DNA from: Gekko japonicus
Taxonomy: Eukaryota
Direction of reading: 5' to 3'
Assembly: GCF_001447785.1 (NCBI RefSeq)
Contig: NW_015162475.1
Span: forward strand, 434,001-498,000
Length of the DNA stretch: 64,000 bases
Part shown: in pieces, positions 61,536 through 64,000 of the stretch
Layout of the letters: every line of letters begins with the position of its first letter
How positions within the stretch are numbered: position 1 is the first letter of the stretch
The notes under the pieces: model-generated
What the model saw: only the letters and a program-made list of their open reading frames with translations
What the model was told of the DNA's origin: nothing
Database searches by the model: none
Translations under genes and position numbers: made by a program

Positions 61536-62260
61536 TTATCTATCTGTCTCTATTTATCTATCTAGTACTGCTCATACGGTTATCACCCTAAGTAGAAATT
61601 AGAACCAAGAAAATATTTTAGAATACCTTACTCAGTATTATTTCTCTTATATTGGATTATTGCGCCTATGAATTTTGCCACTGAGAAGGTCACACGATCA
61701 TTTGTATCCGATAGTAGCCATGACACCTGGGCTTGCATATTTAGCAATTTTGTATCTTTAAGTAAAGGGGTAACTAAATTAGCCCTCAAACTATTGAATA
61801 CAGGACATTCCATAATCATATGTCCAATGGTTTCATTTTTATTATATGAGCATCTGCATGTTCTATTAGAATCTGATACGCTATTATGTCTGCCCTCCAA
61901 AACTGCTGAGGGAAGAACATTCATTCTTGCCAAAGTAAAAGCCCTTCTTAGTCTTGGGACTGTCAACTGATAAAACATATTTCAGCAGTTGCGTGGGGAG
62001 TGTCTAACATAACCTGTGCACCCTAATAGATGTACTTGTAGCATAAAACTTCCTTATATATTTTTAAAATTTGTCTTACAATGTCTTTAGTTTCTGTATT
62101 CTTAATCATATCATTTGTTATTCCTAGGCATTTCATTTTCTTTTCTAATAGTTGAAACCACTGGCTATAATGTTTATCTGCCTGGATAAGTCCACGTAGA
62201 GTAGATCCTCCCTCAAATTTTAAAACCTTTACTTTGAGTACAGTTGCCAGACAGATGTAT
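61536..62260 (-). mobile_element. LINE 3' end with C-terminal zinc knuckle (RTE-X-like)
   Basis: ORF 61628..61978 RRAFTLARMNVLPSAVLEGR..RTCRC..ETIGHMIMECP..R has a CCHC-type motif. (TAGA)n-like tail at 61536-61564. Confidence 0.7.
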
Positions 62261-62543
62261 ACATACAGATACAAATAGCAGAAGGACAGGTTATTAGGGA
62301 GAAGTTATGAAGAGAGGCCAGAGAGGCCAGTGTCACAGTTATGTAATATGGCAGGGCACAGACCAAAAAGAGATCTAAAAAGAAGAGTCAATGGCTCACC
62401 CTCAACTGCTGATGAATTTTATTATTAATGAAAATCCAGGGAGGATGAAATGCTGCTCGCTGGTTTCCATTTTTAATGTCTGACTTGTGTCCATTTATTC
62501 TATTACACAGAGATTTCCTTTGGCTGATGTGAATGACAGAAAG

Positions 62544-62754
62544 CAGGGGTCATTTCGTAGAAAAAGAGCTAGGGGGACTCATTAGCATAACTCATTAGCA
62601 TATGCCACACCCCCTGACATCACCGGAAGTGTGTCCTCCCCACAGCCGGCGGCGACCTCCAGCGGGCACCAGCAGGGAGCTCCAGGCCCCGCCCTCCCGC
62701 ACCTCACCCGGGGGGATGGCATCCCCCCGCGTCCCCCCCCCCAAATGACCCCTG
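62544..62754. mobile_element. 211-bp hAT MITE
   Basis: Perfect 12-bp TIRs CAGGGGTCATTT / AAATGACCCCTG; perfect 8-bp TSD ACAGAAAG. Confidence 0.93.
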
Positions 62755-64000
62755 ACAGAAAGTATTACTGCCACACCATGGTATATATCAAACTAGAGGA
62801 TATATATGTGATTGAACTCTTCCTTGATTATATTGGGTGTTGTGATTGTATCAAATAAATAAATAAATGAGTGGATATGCTAGTCTTTAATGTGCCACAA
62901 GACTTGCTGCTTTGCCTACAACAGACTAACACTGCAAGCCCTTTGGAATGTGGCCCCCAAATGGACTATAGTTAAAATCTTAGTTATTTTGGAAGTCAAT
63001 GACTTTTCCCTGCTAACCTTACCTATGTCCCGAAACATCCCCTCAAAGGAAAAAAGAAGCAAAAACATATGTTAGCCATTAACAGCAAAAATACATTTAC
63101 AAGAGTATGACTTTCAAGTTAAATACAGAGCTAGCAAAATAATACTTATTAAAAATATACTGTTTGATCTTTAACAAAAATAAATAAAACATTGCAAGTC
63201 TGACTAGCAGAATAAAGCAACGAGAGGACCCATCATTTACATAATGCAAGCCACAAAAAATATTGACTCTTTTTAAAAAATGCATGTACACATTATTTAT
63301 ATGAGGGTTCTCTACCAGTGATAAAAAATTATCTATCAACACTGACAGATATTTTTCTTCCTAATCTTTTAAACAAAGAGAGTATTAATGAGTACACTGA
63401 TCAGAGGCTGAGTCATAACTCACACTGAAATGTCAAACATTCACTGTATCAAAACTCTATTGTAATGCATGGAACCTTTTGAACCCTTTAAATTAGCTGG
63501 GCTTAATGCCCTTTCCTAACAAAAGGAAACTGCAAATTTTTCTATCAAATATTACATTGCCATAATTCAGAATTATGTTCTTACTTTGATCCATTAATAG
63601 GCAGATCAGAAAATAAACACACACACAAACATTAATGCACCTCCTTAAAATGCTCCTGTCTTCCTTTTGTACATGCCACGAAACCTTTTTGGTAAGTATG
63701 CAGAAAATGTGAATAGGATTATTCTTCTATAAATCATTCAGTATATGAAACCTATGTCCTAGATATGAAATTATATCAAACAATACAAAATATTTATAAA
63801 ATAGAAATTATATAAAAATGCTCCTCCCAAAGTATTAACCTCCAAAATAATACAGAAGTTTTCCCCCAACAATCGTCCTTTACATTGTATAACTAATGTG
63901 ACTGATATATGTCTAAATAGTATAAAACAAATACATCCAAAATTATACATAAACTAGGTAACTTAATATAGTAATATATAACGTAATAGCCAACACTGTA

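Noticed and set aside
53637-64000. Further upstream BBS9 exon
   Set aside because: No matching peptide spotted by eye; it probably lies beyond the window, though a tBLASTn is needed to be sure.

Overview
Vertebrate genomic DNA from a squamate reptile. The evidence is a Sauria SINE, BovB, and CR1/L2-rich repeats; a gecko is likely from the repeat mix, but that is inference. The only host gene I can support is the 3' end of BBS9 (PTHB1) on the minus strand: two clean coding exons (53420-53636 and 24320-24430) separated by a ~29 kb intron, plus an uncertain terminal exon. The rest is intronic/intergenic DNA dense with mobile elements: CR1, L2, BovB, an RTE-X-like LINE, a DIRS remnant, two related solo LTRs, tRNA- and 5S-derived SINEs, hAT and Harbinger-type MITEs and a probable Helitron. 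Most ORFs in the track are spurious or TE-derived. Three observations stand out: (1) a U1 snRNA fragment (stem-loop II with the U1A loop, stem-loop III, Sm site) fused to the 5' end of a young, stop-free, doubly truncated BovB copy; (2) a 3.3 kb hAT element with a perfect 8-bp TSD enclosing ~3 kb of apparently captured genomic DNA (Pack-TIR-like), whose subterminal repeats are KLF+octamer-like composites; (3) a Helitron-like element carrying a GC-rich minisatellite. Family assignments come from recognition by eye, not database searches.
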